A stretch of DNA of 64,000 nucleotides from an uncultured Nitrososphaerota archaeon (lineage in GTDB: Archaea; Thermoproteota; Nitrososphaeria; Nitrososphaerales; Gagatemarchaeaceae). Of the stretch, positions 30,071 to 38,694 are shown piece by piece. Each line of letters opens with the position of its first letter. Position 1 is the first letter of the stretch. The stretch lies in NCBI GenBank assembly GCA_963838925.1, contig CAWISW010000003.1:416001-480000 (forward strand), written 5' to 3'. The notes beneath the pieces are model-generated. The model was not told the origin of the DNA and made no database searches. It saw only the letters and a list, made by a program, of their open reading frames with translations. A program made the translations under genes and the position numbers.

Positions 30071-30613
30071 CCTCGTCAAAGCAGCCCCGGGTCAAAGACA
30101 GGAAGTCTACGGGAAGATCCTGGTTGCCCTTCGAAGGTGGCCAATTCGACGTGATTCACATAGCCTTGCCCGTGGTTATTTGCCCGCTTTCAGCCAGGAA
30201 TTGGCCACCCGATGTGGCCAGGCCCATGCACCAGATGCCTTCAGGTTTGATGTCTTTCGAGAACGGCTTCCTTTGAAGCCACCGGGCTGACCTCGAGAGA
30301 GGGTGTATGGTGATGGAGGGGCGATACTGACCTAGCGCGCTTGACCTGGAGAATTGCGACACATTTCGCCAAGCGCCAAATAACGACTCCGCGCTATGCT
30401 ATCGGAATTCGACTCCGCTTCCTGCAGCGAAACGCGATGTATACGCCGATTCACCTCTCAAACGCCCTGCAAGCGACGCCGCTCCAATCTATCTCTTGGT
30501 GCTTCTCAGCGTGGAGCGTAAATACCAAGCTTGACAGTAGTAAGTGAATGACCGACATACCTTACCTGGAATCTCGAAGTGTGGGGTTAAGGTCTCTCGG
30601 CGGAGAGGGCAGA

Positions 30614-30670
30614 CTAGGCTACGTCCCCCCATCGAGACCGCCTACACCAGGCGGGGATTAAAAGCTCAGC
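30614..30670 (-). repeat. Copy of tRNA-Trp promoter plus tRNA nt 1-15
   Basis: 30614-30638 identical to 2700-2724; GGGGATTAAA box also shared. Confidence 0.88.
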
Positions 30671-30758
30671 AAATGTCAGCTGGTATTCTTCCGCTTATAG
30701 GCCACGCTCATTGGGCTGTTAACCGTCGGCTCCCTGTTCGCGAAACACCGGCGCTAGT

Positions 30759-31373
30759 TCAGCAACATCCCTGCTCAAACTGGACATTGAATGTCTCGAA
30801 ATCCCAAACTTCTTGGGAAATCAGCCAACCACCCCCATAGTATCTGTATGAGTAACTCGCCGAAATAGTTCCGTTGTAGGCTCCTAGAACATGGGCCATT
30901 CCGCTGAAAGCCAGCTCGGCATTTATGGTCGCCGTGTCGTTGGAACTTTGGGTGATGCTTGTGCTGTACGAATATATCACGAAAGAGAAGTTCGACGACT
31001 TACCGAACAACGTGTCCAGAGGAAGTGAGATTTCCTCCACCCCGTTGTAGGTTCCTCCAAGACCTTGAGAAGTGCCGTTCACAATCATTGTTGCGTTCTG
31101 CGCGTAGTCCAGAAGAGCGCCCGTTGTGTTGAGGTCATGAAGCTTCAAGACGTGAGAGAGCCATGCTCCCACAAGATCAGACGATCCAGAGAGCGTTGAA
31201 CGTGTTCCGGCCTGACCCTGGTAACTTGCGATTGAAGAACTAAGACTTCTGTTCGCACCCTGCAACCCACTCAGCTGTAAGTAAAGGGAGCCAGACACTA
31301 TCAGCACTACGACAAGGACAGCAAGTGTTACAAGAATGATGCTTCTTGATGCCGTCGTCCCCGACTGCTTCAT
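30759..31373 (-). CDS. Membrane-anchored SnoaL/NTF2-like protein
   Basis: N-terminal TM, GGTYNG, WLISQEVWDF; paralog of 1725-2429. Confidence 0.7.
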   Translation of the reverse strand: MKQSGTTASRSIILVTLAVLVVVLIVSGSLYLQLSGLQGANRSLSSSIASYQGQAGTRSTLSGSSDLVGAWLSHVLKLHDLNTTGALLDYAQNATMIVNGTSQGLGGTYNGVEEISLPLDTLFGKSSNFSFVIYSYSTSITQSSNDTATINAELAFSGMAHVLGAYNGTISASYSYRYYGGGWLISQEVWDFETFNVQFEQGCC

Positions 31374-31461
31374 TTCCAGATTTGCTCCGTGTTAATCATT
31401 CCTTTTGGCCCTTTGGGCAAACCACTCTTTACTTGTTGAAAGTTCTCCTTAGGAAAGAGAG

Positions 31462-32745
31462 CTAGTATGTACCCAAACTGCTGTCGTAAGTCTGGGTGAA
31501 GTATCCTTCTGTGCTTCCGCAGCAGTTCTCGCTCATGCTACTCGTAGATGTGTCATCAGTGTAGATGCTGGTCGTTATGTTCTCGTTGCGCATGTAGGCA
31601 CCGAAGCCGTAGTCAGAGTTGTAGTTGGGATAAGCCCCTAATTGATGCGACGTTGAACCCAATTCGACATCATAGAAATCAAAGTTGGTGAATTTCGGCA
31701 ATGTATAATATCCCACACCTATCTGGGGGCGTTCTCCGAAAAAGTCAGCAAAGAGTTCCGTGTGGACCTCGCCTCCCGTCGCGTTGTATTCGACCTCGCA
31801 GAACTTGCCGTAGGTTACGTCCTCAAGAATGGTGTAGTATGGGTTGCCCGAGGTGCCGTTAATTTGCAATTCATTGCCGACTTCGGCGTAAATGGAGTCG
31901 CCTTGGCTCATCGAAATATAACCTGAGCAATAGGTCGGAGGAGGGGAATAGTTGTCGTCGCCAGCCCTGAGGTATTCACTGAACCCAACAACAGAAACAT
32001 AGCAGTTGTTGCTTTCATTGCACGTGTAATTCCCTTGCGTCCCTGTTTGGACGACCTCGCCTGTGCCGCTTATGGAACCTCCTCCGTCGTACGTGCTGTT
32101 TTGGAGTCCCACCCATGAATCAAAGAGACATTCGGTGTTGGAGTCATACCCCGTCGAAACACATTTGGGTTCTCCACTGCCCGAGGGCTGGTAAAGAGTA
32201 GGGGCGTACCAATTAGAACTGGCATAATCCACCGCTTGCGACTCTGCTGAGTTATTCGCAATTGCATATCCTGAATAGGTGTAAGTCGGACCTGTTGCTA
32301 TTGCCGTCGCGTATGCGATCCCGTGCCTTGTAACGTTATAGATAATGCCCAATGTGGGATTTTCTTCTACGGTCAAGATGTAGTTGTGCCCCTGACTATT
32401 AGTCAGTAGGAAGTTCGCTGCCGCATCATGCCAAGAGATTGAGCAATTTGTTACGTTCGCTGACCACTCATTCGCAAACCCTGAAAAACTTGCGTTGAAT
32501 CCATTCACAGCTGTTTTGAACGCCGTAGATTGAAGAGCGAAGTCCTGTAAAGCTTCCGAACTAACCTGGTCTCCAGCATCGACGATCTTGGAGGACAGCA
32601 TCTGACTTGTGCAGTTTCCAGCCGTGTCAGCCGACGCTGAGCTTACCATAGTCAGCATTGCGATTGGAGAAATGATTAGGAGAAAGAGCATCAGAATTGG
32701 AACGGTTCTTGCCCCGGACCCTTGAGTATTGAACGCAGAGGCCAC
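31462..32745 (-). CDS. Secreted G1 (glutamic) peptidase-like protein
   Basis: Signal peptide, pro-region, YSGY, SWVGL, VVQTGT, FFGERP (Q/E dyad). Confidence 0.7.
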   Translation of the reverse strand: MASAFNTQGSGARTVPILMLFLLIISPIAMLTMVSSASADTAGNCTSQMLSSKIVDAGDQVSSEALQDFALQSTAFKTAVNGFNASFSGFANEWSANVTNCSISWHDAAANFLLTNSQGHNYILTVEENPTLGIIYNVTRHGIAYATAIATGPTYTYSGYAIANNSAESQAVDYASSNWYAPTLYQPSGSGEPKCVSTGYDSNTECLFDSWVGLQNSTYDGGGSISGTGEVVQTGTQGNYTCNESNNCYVSVVGFSEYLRAGDDNYSPPPTYCSGYISMSQGDSIYAEVGNELQINGTSGNPYYTILEDVTYGKFCEVEYNATGGEVHTELFADFFGERPQIGVGYYTLPKFTNFDFYDVELGSTSHQLGAYPNYNSDYGFGAYMRNENITTSIYTDDTSTSSMSENCCGSTEGYFTQTYDSSLGTY

Positions 32746-33132
32746 ATGTTACTAATGAAGTTCCCCACGTTTAATTCTTGTGAAATGATGTTCTACATCG
32801 TTTTCTCCTATAGTAGTCTGCAACTTTACAGTCCCTTCGAGCACTTGGCGATTTAATGCGCCTTTTTTGTTACGATACAGTTCCGAGTTCGGCGCTGTGA
32901 CGTTTATTTTACGGTGCCAGAGGTTCCGTGCCGCAAGGGCGGTCATCTTTTGGCCGACTTCAAACCTCATTACTATTCGTATGGTTTCTGTGTATACACA
33001 TCTAGCAGAATCTGCGGTTTCGGACTTCTGGCCCTGGAAAAATGTCACGGCACCAACTCCATCTCTAGGAGTACTCCTGATGGGAGCAAACCAAAACGGC
33101 TTACGCCTGCCTCGCCGGGGCAAACCCTAGAA

Positions 33133-33254
33133 AACCGACGACGACCCGCAGGTTTCGCCGCTCCGATGGGAAATCATCCACGCAAGCGTGTCATCAAACT
33201 TTTTGTCGTTTGACCACTGGAGCCTGTTGCCATGCCTGTCTAGGATACGTCCCC
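33133..33254 (-). pseudogene. Promoterless, 3'-truncated tRNA-Trp copy including the whole intron
   Basis: 33149-33254 matches 2609-2714 with 3 mismatches; weaker match continues to 33133. Confidence 0.9.
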
Positions 33255-33585
33255 TCGGCCGTCGCCATTCTTATGTTCTGATTGAAGTCTGCCGTCAAAG
33301 GACATGGGGGCCATTCCTGTGGAGGAATATCCCTCGCAATTCTCAGTGGATTTTAAATAGGCAAGCCATGTTATCATCGAGTTGCTGGAAAGAACCATGT
33401 CGAGGAAAAGCCTGGTTCACCACCATTTAGTGGCAGGGACCGGCGGGTCTGCCACCATTCTTGGCGAAGACTCTTCCTACTTTTTCCACCCTCCGCGCTC
33501 GACCACGGAAGCGATTCTCAATGTGTAGAAACGTGTCTGTGTGTTATTAGGCAGCGCCCCCTCTCAATGTCCAGGTAGAATACCA

Positions 33586-34182
33586 ATGCAAAACGTCGGC
33601 TACAGACCCGCAGTCACCAACACTGTGTTCGCGGGAGTGACAATCGTCCTGATAATCATCGCCGCGGCAGGCTTCGGCCTTTACGCGACAAAGACCGCAA
33701 CCACGGCGACCTCAACAGTGACCGAGACGATGACCGCCTCGGCAGCGGCATCTACTGGAAGCTCACAGTTGCTCGTCGCGATATGGAACACCAATGCAGG
33801 GGACACGCTCCCTGCCCCGACTGTTACGGTGACCGCTCAGACTGCCGGAGCCACGGTCACGCCTTCAAGTGCGAACCCACCAGGCATATCCCCCGGCAAC
33901 ATAGCGACCTACGGCTACACAATCACGGGGGCGGTTGCGGGCTCACTACCGATCGTCGTATCCATAACGAACAATAGCGGAGTTGCATATGACCCGAACG
34001 TCGCGGTTGTGTCCAGCACTCCTGGGGCAATGGTCACGCCGGCAAGTACCAACCCGACATCCGTATCAGCAAGTAGCACGCAGTCCTTCGACTTCGCGGT
34101 CACAGGAGGAGGAACAGGCCTCATCACGATCAGCCTTTCGTTTCCAGGCCCAGGCCCCATCAGCGTCGCAATATCCATTTAG
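33586..34182 (+). CDS. Membrane-anchored protein with two Ig-like repeats
   Basis: N-terminal TM; repeated T.GA.VTP.S.NP. Confidence 0.65.
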   Translation: MQNVGYRPAVTNTVFAGVTIVLIIIAAAGFGLYATKTATTATSTVTETMTASAAASTGSSQLLVAIWNTNAGDTLPAPTVTVTAQTAGATVTPSSANPPGISPGNIATYGYTITGAVAGSLPIVVSITNNSGVAYDPNVAVVSSTPGAMVTPASTNPTSVSASSTQSFDFAVTGGGTGLITISLSFPGPGPISVAISI

Positions 34183-34388
34183 AGCCTATCCCAAGAATGA
34201 CACCCTGGGACTACCGGGCGCGTCGCCTGGACCAATCCAGGCATCCACGCGTCGATCCAATAATCGGTTTGCAGGGACAGCGTCTCTTTACGAGGCCAGA
34301 GCGTTCGAAGCAGTTTCTCCATGCACACTGCTCGCCGCCTTTTGATTGCCGATCTTCGAGCGGCCCAAGCCGAGGAGCCCAATCAATT

Positions 34389-34409
34389 GGTGGGCTCTGC
34401 CGCCATTTT
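34389..34409 (+). repeat. Degenerate third copy of the SRP RNA 3' end
   Basis: GGTGGGCTCTGCCGCCATTTT versus GGCGGG-TCTGCCACCATTTT. Confidence 0.55.
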
Positions 34410-34440
34410 TAATACCGCCAGACGGCCGGGCCTTGCTGGA

Positions 34441-34572
34441 GCGGGGGTCGCCTAGCCTGGTAGGGCGAAGGATTGCTAATCCTTTGTCCGCAAGGATTCG
34501 TGGGTTCGAATTCGGGGCAGATCTTCGTGGCGGACCTGGTCTGCCCGGACGAGTGTCCCACCCCCCGCGCCA
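34441..34572 (+). tRNA. trnS: tRNA-Ser(GCT) with 45-nt intron at 59/60 (34511-34555)
   Basis: AAGGA-TTGCTAA-TCCTT anticodon arm, long variable arm, BHB motif restoring GGTTCGAATCCC, encoded CCA. Confidence 0.93.
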
Positions 34573-34574
34573 TT

Positions 34575-34904
34575 CTATTCTAGCTTGCTGAAGAAGCAGC
34601 TGTGCTTGCCGGTGTGGCAGGCCGGGCCGGTCTGGTCGACGACATAGAGCAGCGTGTCGTTGTCGCAGTCGACAAGTACCCGCCTCACCTTCTGGATGTG
34701 CCCCGAGGTGTCGCCCTTCTTCCAGAGCTCGTTCCTGCTCCTGCTCCAGTAGGTCGCAAGCTTGGTCTTCATGGTCGTCTCGACCGCCTCGCGGTTGGCG
34801 TAGGCCAGCATCAGGACCTTGCCGGTCTTCGCCTCCTGGGTCACGACCGGTACCAGGCCGCTGCCCTTTGCGAAATCGATCTCGTCTATCTTCGACGCTT
34901 TCAA
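34575..34904 (-). CDS. hisI: Phosphoribosyl-AMP cyclohydrolase
   Basis: [27 protein letters not shown]; TTG overlapping the hisF stop. Confidence 0.95.
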   Translation of the reverse strand: MKASKIDEIDFAKGSGLVPVVTQEAKTGKVLMLAYANREAVETTMKTKLATYWSRSRNELWKKGDTSGHIQKVRRVLVDCDNDTLLYVVDQTGPACHTGKHSCFFSKLE

Positions 34905-35659
34905 GGTCTGACCACGACCCCATTCGCCGCCAGATAATCTTTCACCTGCTTGACCGTGAGCTCGCGGTAGTGGAAGAGGGACGCGGCAAGCGCCGCGTCG
35001 CACCCGCCGTCGACGAAGGCCTCCAGGAAGTGCCTCAGCGTCCCTGCGCCTCCGCTCGCCACCACCGGGATCCTGACCTTCTGCGTGATCGACCTAAGCA
35101 GCCCGATGTCGTATCCCATCTTCGTGCCGTCGCGGTCTATCGAGGTGACCAGCAGCTCTCCGGCCCCGAGCTCCGCTGCCCTCTGAGCCCACGCGACCGC
35201 GTCGACGCCGGCCGACCTCGTCGCCGAGTGGCTGAAGACCTGGTACCCGTCCTTCACCCTCCTCGCGTCTATGGCGACCACGACGCACTGCGATCCGAAG
35301 ACGTCCGCTAGCTTGGTGATGAGCCCTGGCTGCCTCAGGGCCGCGGTGTTGACCGCCACCTTGTCCGCCCCGCTCGCCAAGGCCAGCCTCGCGTCCGCCA
35401 TGCTCCTTATCCCGCCTCCCACGGTGAACGGGATGTCGAGGCTCGCGGCGACGCTCCTCACGAGGGAGCGCATGGTCGCCCTCTTCTCGAGGCTCGCGGT
35501 GATGTCTAGGAAGACCACCTCGTCAGCGCCCTCGTCCCTGTATCTGGAGGAGAGCTCGACCGGGTCTCCCGCGTCCCTCAATCCCTCGAACTTGACTCCC
35601 TTCACCACCCTGCCCGCCTTGACGTCCAGGCAGGGCACTATCCGCTTCGCGAGGGTCAT
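34901..35659 (-). CDS. hisF: Imidazole glycerol phosphate synthase cyclase subunit
   Basis: [29 protein letters not shown]. Confidence 0.97.
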   Translation of the reverse strand: MTLAKRIVPCLDVKAGRVVKGVKFEGLRDAGDPVELSSRYRDEGADEVVFLDITASLEKRATMRSLVRSVAASLDIPFTVGGGIRSMADARLALASGADKVAVNTAALRQPGLITKLADVFGSQCVVVAIDARRVKDGYQVFSHSATRSAGVDAVAWAQRAAELGAGELLVTSIDRDGTKMGYDIGLLRSITQKVRIPVVASGGAGTLRHFLEAFVDGGCDAALAASLFHYRELTVKQVKDYLAANGVVVRP

Positions 35660-36387
35660 CTCAGGGTGCCTCCTATCGCCGCCTTCGCGTCGCCTAGCTC
35701 TATGGTGCCGTCGTAGAGGGCCCGTCCCATGATCGCCCCAGCCGCGCCTCTCCTCTCTATCTCGATGAGGTCGTGCAGGTTCCTTATTCCGCCGGACGCC
35801 AGGACCCTCAGCTTCTTGCTGAAGGCGCAGAGAACCCTCAGCGTCTCCAGGTCGGGCCCCGTCGCCATCCCGTCCCTCCCGACCGCGGTGGTCAGCAGGT
35901 TGACGACCCCCGCCTCCTCGAACCTCCTGGCAGCCTCGAGGACCCCTACGCCCTGGCTCGAGGTCCAGCCGCTCGTCACGACCTTGCCGTCAGAATAGTC
36001 CGAGGCCACGACTATCTTCTCCGGCCCTCTTTGTCTCAGGAGATCCGAGAGCGTCTCTGGCTCCTTGTACGCGAGCGTCCCTAGGATCACTCTGGCGGCG
36101 CCAGACCCCAGCCACGACTCCGCCGCCGCCCGCGACCTCACCCCGCCCCCCACCTCGACGGGGATCTTCGCCCTCTCGATGATCTTCGATATCGTCTTGC
36201 CGTTGGACCCCTTGCCGAAGGCGGCGTCGAGGTCGATGATGTGGAGCCCGTCCGCGCCCTCCTGCTCCCATCTCGCGGCGACTTCGACGGCCCCATCCTC
36301 CCACGTCGTCTTCATCTCCTCCTTCCCCTGCTTGAGGGTCACGACCGACCCGGAGAGCAGGTCTATCGCGGCCCAGAGTTCAAGCAA
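35656..36387 (-). CDS. hisA: ProFAR isomerase
   Basis: AIDL, LHIIDLDAAFG, VGGGVRS, DGMATGPD. Confidence 0.95.
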   Translation of the reverse strand: MLELWAAIDLLSGSVVTLKQGKEEMKTTWEDGAVEVAARWEQEGADGLHIIDLDAAFGKGSNGKTISKIIERAKIPVEVGGGVRSRAAAESWLGSGAARVILGTLAYKEPETLSDLLRQRGPEKIVVASDYSDGKVVTSGWTSSQGVGVLEAARRFEEAGVVNLLTTAVGRDGMATGPDLETLRVLCAFSKKLRVLASGGIRNLHDLIEIERRGAAGAIMGRALYDGTIELGDAKAAIGGTLR

Positions 36388-36393
36388 GACGGC

Positions 36394-36990
36394 TTACCTC
36401 TTCACCGCTCTCAAGAAGTTCTTGAGGATGAGCCCGCCCGCCTCCCCCGACTTCTCCGGGTGGAACTGCGTGCCGTAGACGTTCTTCTCGCTCACCAGAG
36501 CGGGAAACTCGACGCCGTACTCGGTCGTCGCGACGACCCACTTCCCCTTCGTCGCCGGGTAGAAGGAGTTCACGTAGTAGACCCACGACTCCTCGCCGAG
36601 GCCCTCGGTCAGCTCGGACTCCCTCCTCACGGTGAGCGTGTTCCACCCGATCTGGGGGACCTTCACGGCGAACGAGCGGAACTTCTTGACCTCGCCAGGG
36701 AAGAGCGAGAGCCCCCTGCCCGCGCCCTCCTCGCTCTTCGAGAAGAAGAGCTGGAGCCCGAGGCACACCCCGAGCAGCGGCTTGCCCGCGTCGACCGCGT
36801 CTCGGATCTTTCGCATCGGCAGCATCTTGGCTGCCTGGTTGAAGCTGCCCACTCCCGGAAGCACCACCGCGTCCGCCTCGCCGAGCCGCTTCCCGTCCTT
36901 GGTGAGCGCGGTCTTCGCCCCTTGCTTCCTCAGGGCGGCCTGTATGCTGAAGAGGTTCCCGGCGCCGTAGTTGAATATCTCTATGCGCAT
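36394..36990 (-). CDS. hisH: Imidazole glycerol phosphate synthase glutaminase subunit
   Basis: LPGVG, GVCLGLQ, QFHPEKS. Confidence 0.96.
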   Translation of the reverse strand: MRIEIFNYGAGNLFSIQAALRKQGAKTALTKDGKRLGEADAVVLPGVGSFNQAAKMLPMRKIRDAVDAGKPLLGVCLGLQLFFSKSEEGAGRGLSLFPGEVKKFRSFAVKVPQIGWNTLTVRRESELTEGLGEESWVYYVNSFYPATKGKWVVATTEYGVEFPALVSEKNVYGTQFHPEKSGEAGGLILKNFLRAVKR

Positions 36991-37000
36991 GCCGCTCCGC

Positions 37001-37591
37001 TCACATCGACCCCTTGGACGAGGGAGGGGCCTTGATCTTGGCGCGCCGGGGGTCAGGGGCGACTGCCTCCCGGAGGGCCAGGGCGAACGCCTTGACGGCG
37101 GCCTCGAACATGTGGTGGTCGTTGCTCCCTTCGAGGACCTTGATGTGGATGGTCGCCTCCAGGGCTTGCGCTATGGAGCCGAAGAAGTGCTCGAGGTCCT
37201 CCCTCGGGGCGTCCTCGAGCATGACCCTCTGCAGCTTCAGGTCGACTACGGAGTAGGGTCGCTTGACCAGGTCGACCGAGGCCAGGGCGAGGGCGTCGTC
37301 CATGGGCACGACGGCGTCCCCGAACCTCCGTATCCCCACCCTGTCGCCGAGGGCCTTTCCGATGGCCTTGCCCAGCGTTATCGCGACGTCTTCGACGACG
37401 TGGTGCTGGAGGTCTCCCTTCGCCGTCACGGTGACGTCGATCAGGCTGTGGGTGGCGAGCGACTCGACCATGTGGTCGAGGAACCTGACGCCCGTCTTCG
37501 CGCTCGACTTGCCCGTCCCGTCGTCCAGCCTCACGCGGACGGTGATGTCCGTCTCCTTCGTCTTCCTGGTGACCTCAGCTGTTCTCTTCAA
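37001..37591 (-). CDS. hisB: Imidazoleglycerol-phosphate dehydratase
   Basis: RKTKETDI, HHVVED, PMDD, NDHHMFEA. Confidence 0.96.
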   Translation of the reverse strand: MKRTAEVTRKTKETDITVRVRLDDGTGKSSAKTGVRFLDHMVESLATHSLIDVTVTAKGDLQHHVVEDVAITLGKAIGKALGDRVGIRRFGDAVVPMDDALALASVDLVKRPYSVVDLKLQRVMLEDAPREDLEHFFGSIAQALEATIHIKVLEGSNDHHMFEAAVKAFALALREAVAPDPRRAKIKAPPSSKGSM

Positions 37592-38694
37592 TCTTCTCGT
37601 GCCCCATCGCTCTTCGGCGCCAGCAATAACCCTGACGGGAGGCGGTTCACGGTCTCGACCACGACGTCCGAGCCCTCCCGCTGGAAGAACGACGCCTGGT
37701 CTGCCCGCGCCGACGTCTCGTAGACCCCCGCGAAGAGGAACCCCTTGAGCCCCTTCCGCCTCGCGTTCTGGACCATCATGAGGTCCTCCGCGGAGTCGCC
37801 CACGTAGAGGAGCGTCTCCGAGGAGAGCTTCTCCTGCGCCCGCACGAGGGCCTTCGGGCTGGGCTTCCTGTATCCGTCGTACTCCGCCCGGAGCGAGGGG
37901 TCGATGTCGGCGTCCCCGATGAACATCGACGCGTCCATGTCGAAGTACCGCATGATCTCCTTGCCCAGCGAGTGCTCCGTCCCGAGGAACGGCCTCCCGG
38001 TGACCATCGCGAGCCGCCCGTCGCCGAGCCTCTCCCCAAGGGATTCCAGGGTCTTCCTGCTGACGAGCGTCCGCTCCAGCTCGATGAGCCCCTTGGCGCG
38101 CGGGTCGCTCGCTCGGACGCCGTGGACCTTCTCGAAGAGCGAGCCTCCGAAGTACAGCTCGTCGAAGACGGTCGTCAGCCGGCCCTGCGGCGGCGTCGAC
38201 GGGTACCCGAGGTACTCGCGAGACTTGTCGAGGCTGTCCTTCATCGAGGGGAACTCCGACTCTAGGAACGAGTCGACCGCCAGCTGTCCTCTCCCGCGTG
38301 GGGAAGAGCCGAACCCCGCCGTCACTCCAGCCAGCGCCTCGACCGCGCCGGAGCCCTTAGAGTCGCGCCCTGCCCTGCGCTGTGCCAGGGCGACGAGCGA
38401 GAAGAGGGTGAGCGCGTAGGTGGTGTCCCAGTCGCTGTTGAACCCGCCTGTCCTCCTGATCGTCGCGATGAGCCCCGGGGTCGCCCTAGCAAGGCGGAGC
38501 CTTACCCCGGTCATCCCCTCGACCATGGTCTCGACCACCACCCTGATGGTCGCGTCGTATGACCTCCTCGCGTCGATGAGCACGCCGTCGCAGTCAAAGA
38601 CCACGGCGTCCACCTTGCCGAGGAGCGCGCTACTCGACCTGTTGACTTGCAGCAGGCCCCCTCTGGGCGTCGGCACGCGCAGGTACTGGCTCAT
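37588..38694 (-). CDS. HAD-family hydrolase, probable histidinol-phosphatase
   Basis: FDCDGVL, VTGR, KPSP, YVGDSAED; inside the his operon. Confidence 0.8.
   Translation of the reverse strand: MSQYLRVPTPRGGLLQVNRSSSALLGKVDAVVFDCDGVLIDARRSYDATIRVVVETMVEGMTGVRLRLARATPGLIATIRRTGGFNSDWDTTYALTLFSLVALAQRRAGRDSKGSGAVEALAGVTAGFGSSPRGRGQLAVDSFLESEFPSMKDSLDKSREYLGYPSTPPQGRLTTVFDELYFGGSLFEKVHGVRASDPRAKGLIELERTLVSRKTLESLGERLGDGRLAMVTGRPFLGTEHSLGKEIMRYFDMDASMFIGDADIDPSLRAEYDGYRKPSPKALVRAQEKLSSETLLYVGDSAEDLMMVQNARRKGLKGFLFAGVYETSARADQASFFQREGSDVVVETVNRLPSGLLLAPKSDGARED

Larger units (their letters stand above)
20826..33459. mobile_element. Integrative island at the SRP RNA 3' end
   Basis: 20-bp direct repeat CCGGCGGGTCTGCCACCATT at 20826-20845 and 33440-33459; integrase adjacent to the left copy. 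Confidence 0.88.

Noticed and set aside
30614-33254. Trans-spliced split tRNA or permuted tRNA gene
   Set aside because: No complementary leader/trailer sequences, the pieces overlap by 15 nt, the 3' acceptor strand is missing, and an intact trnW exists at 2575.
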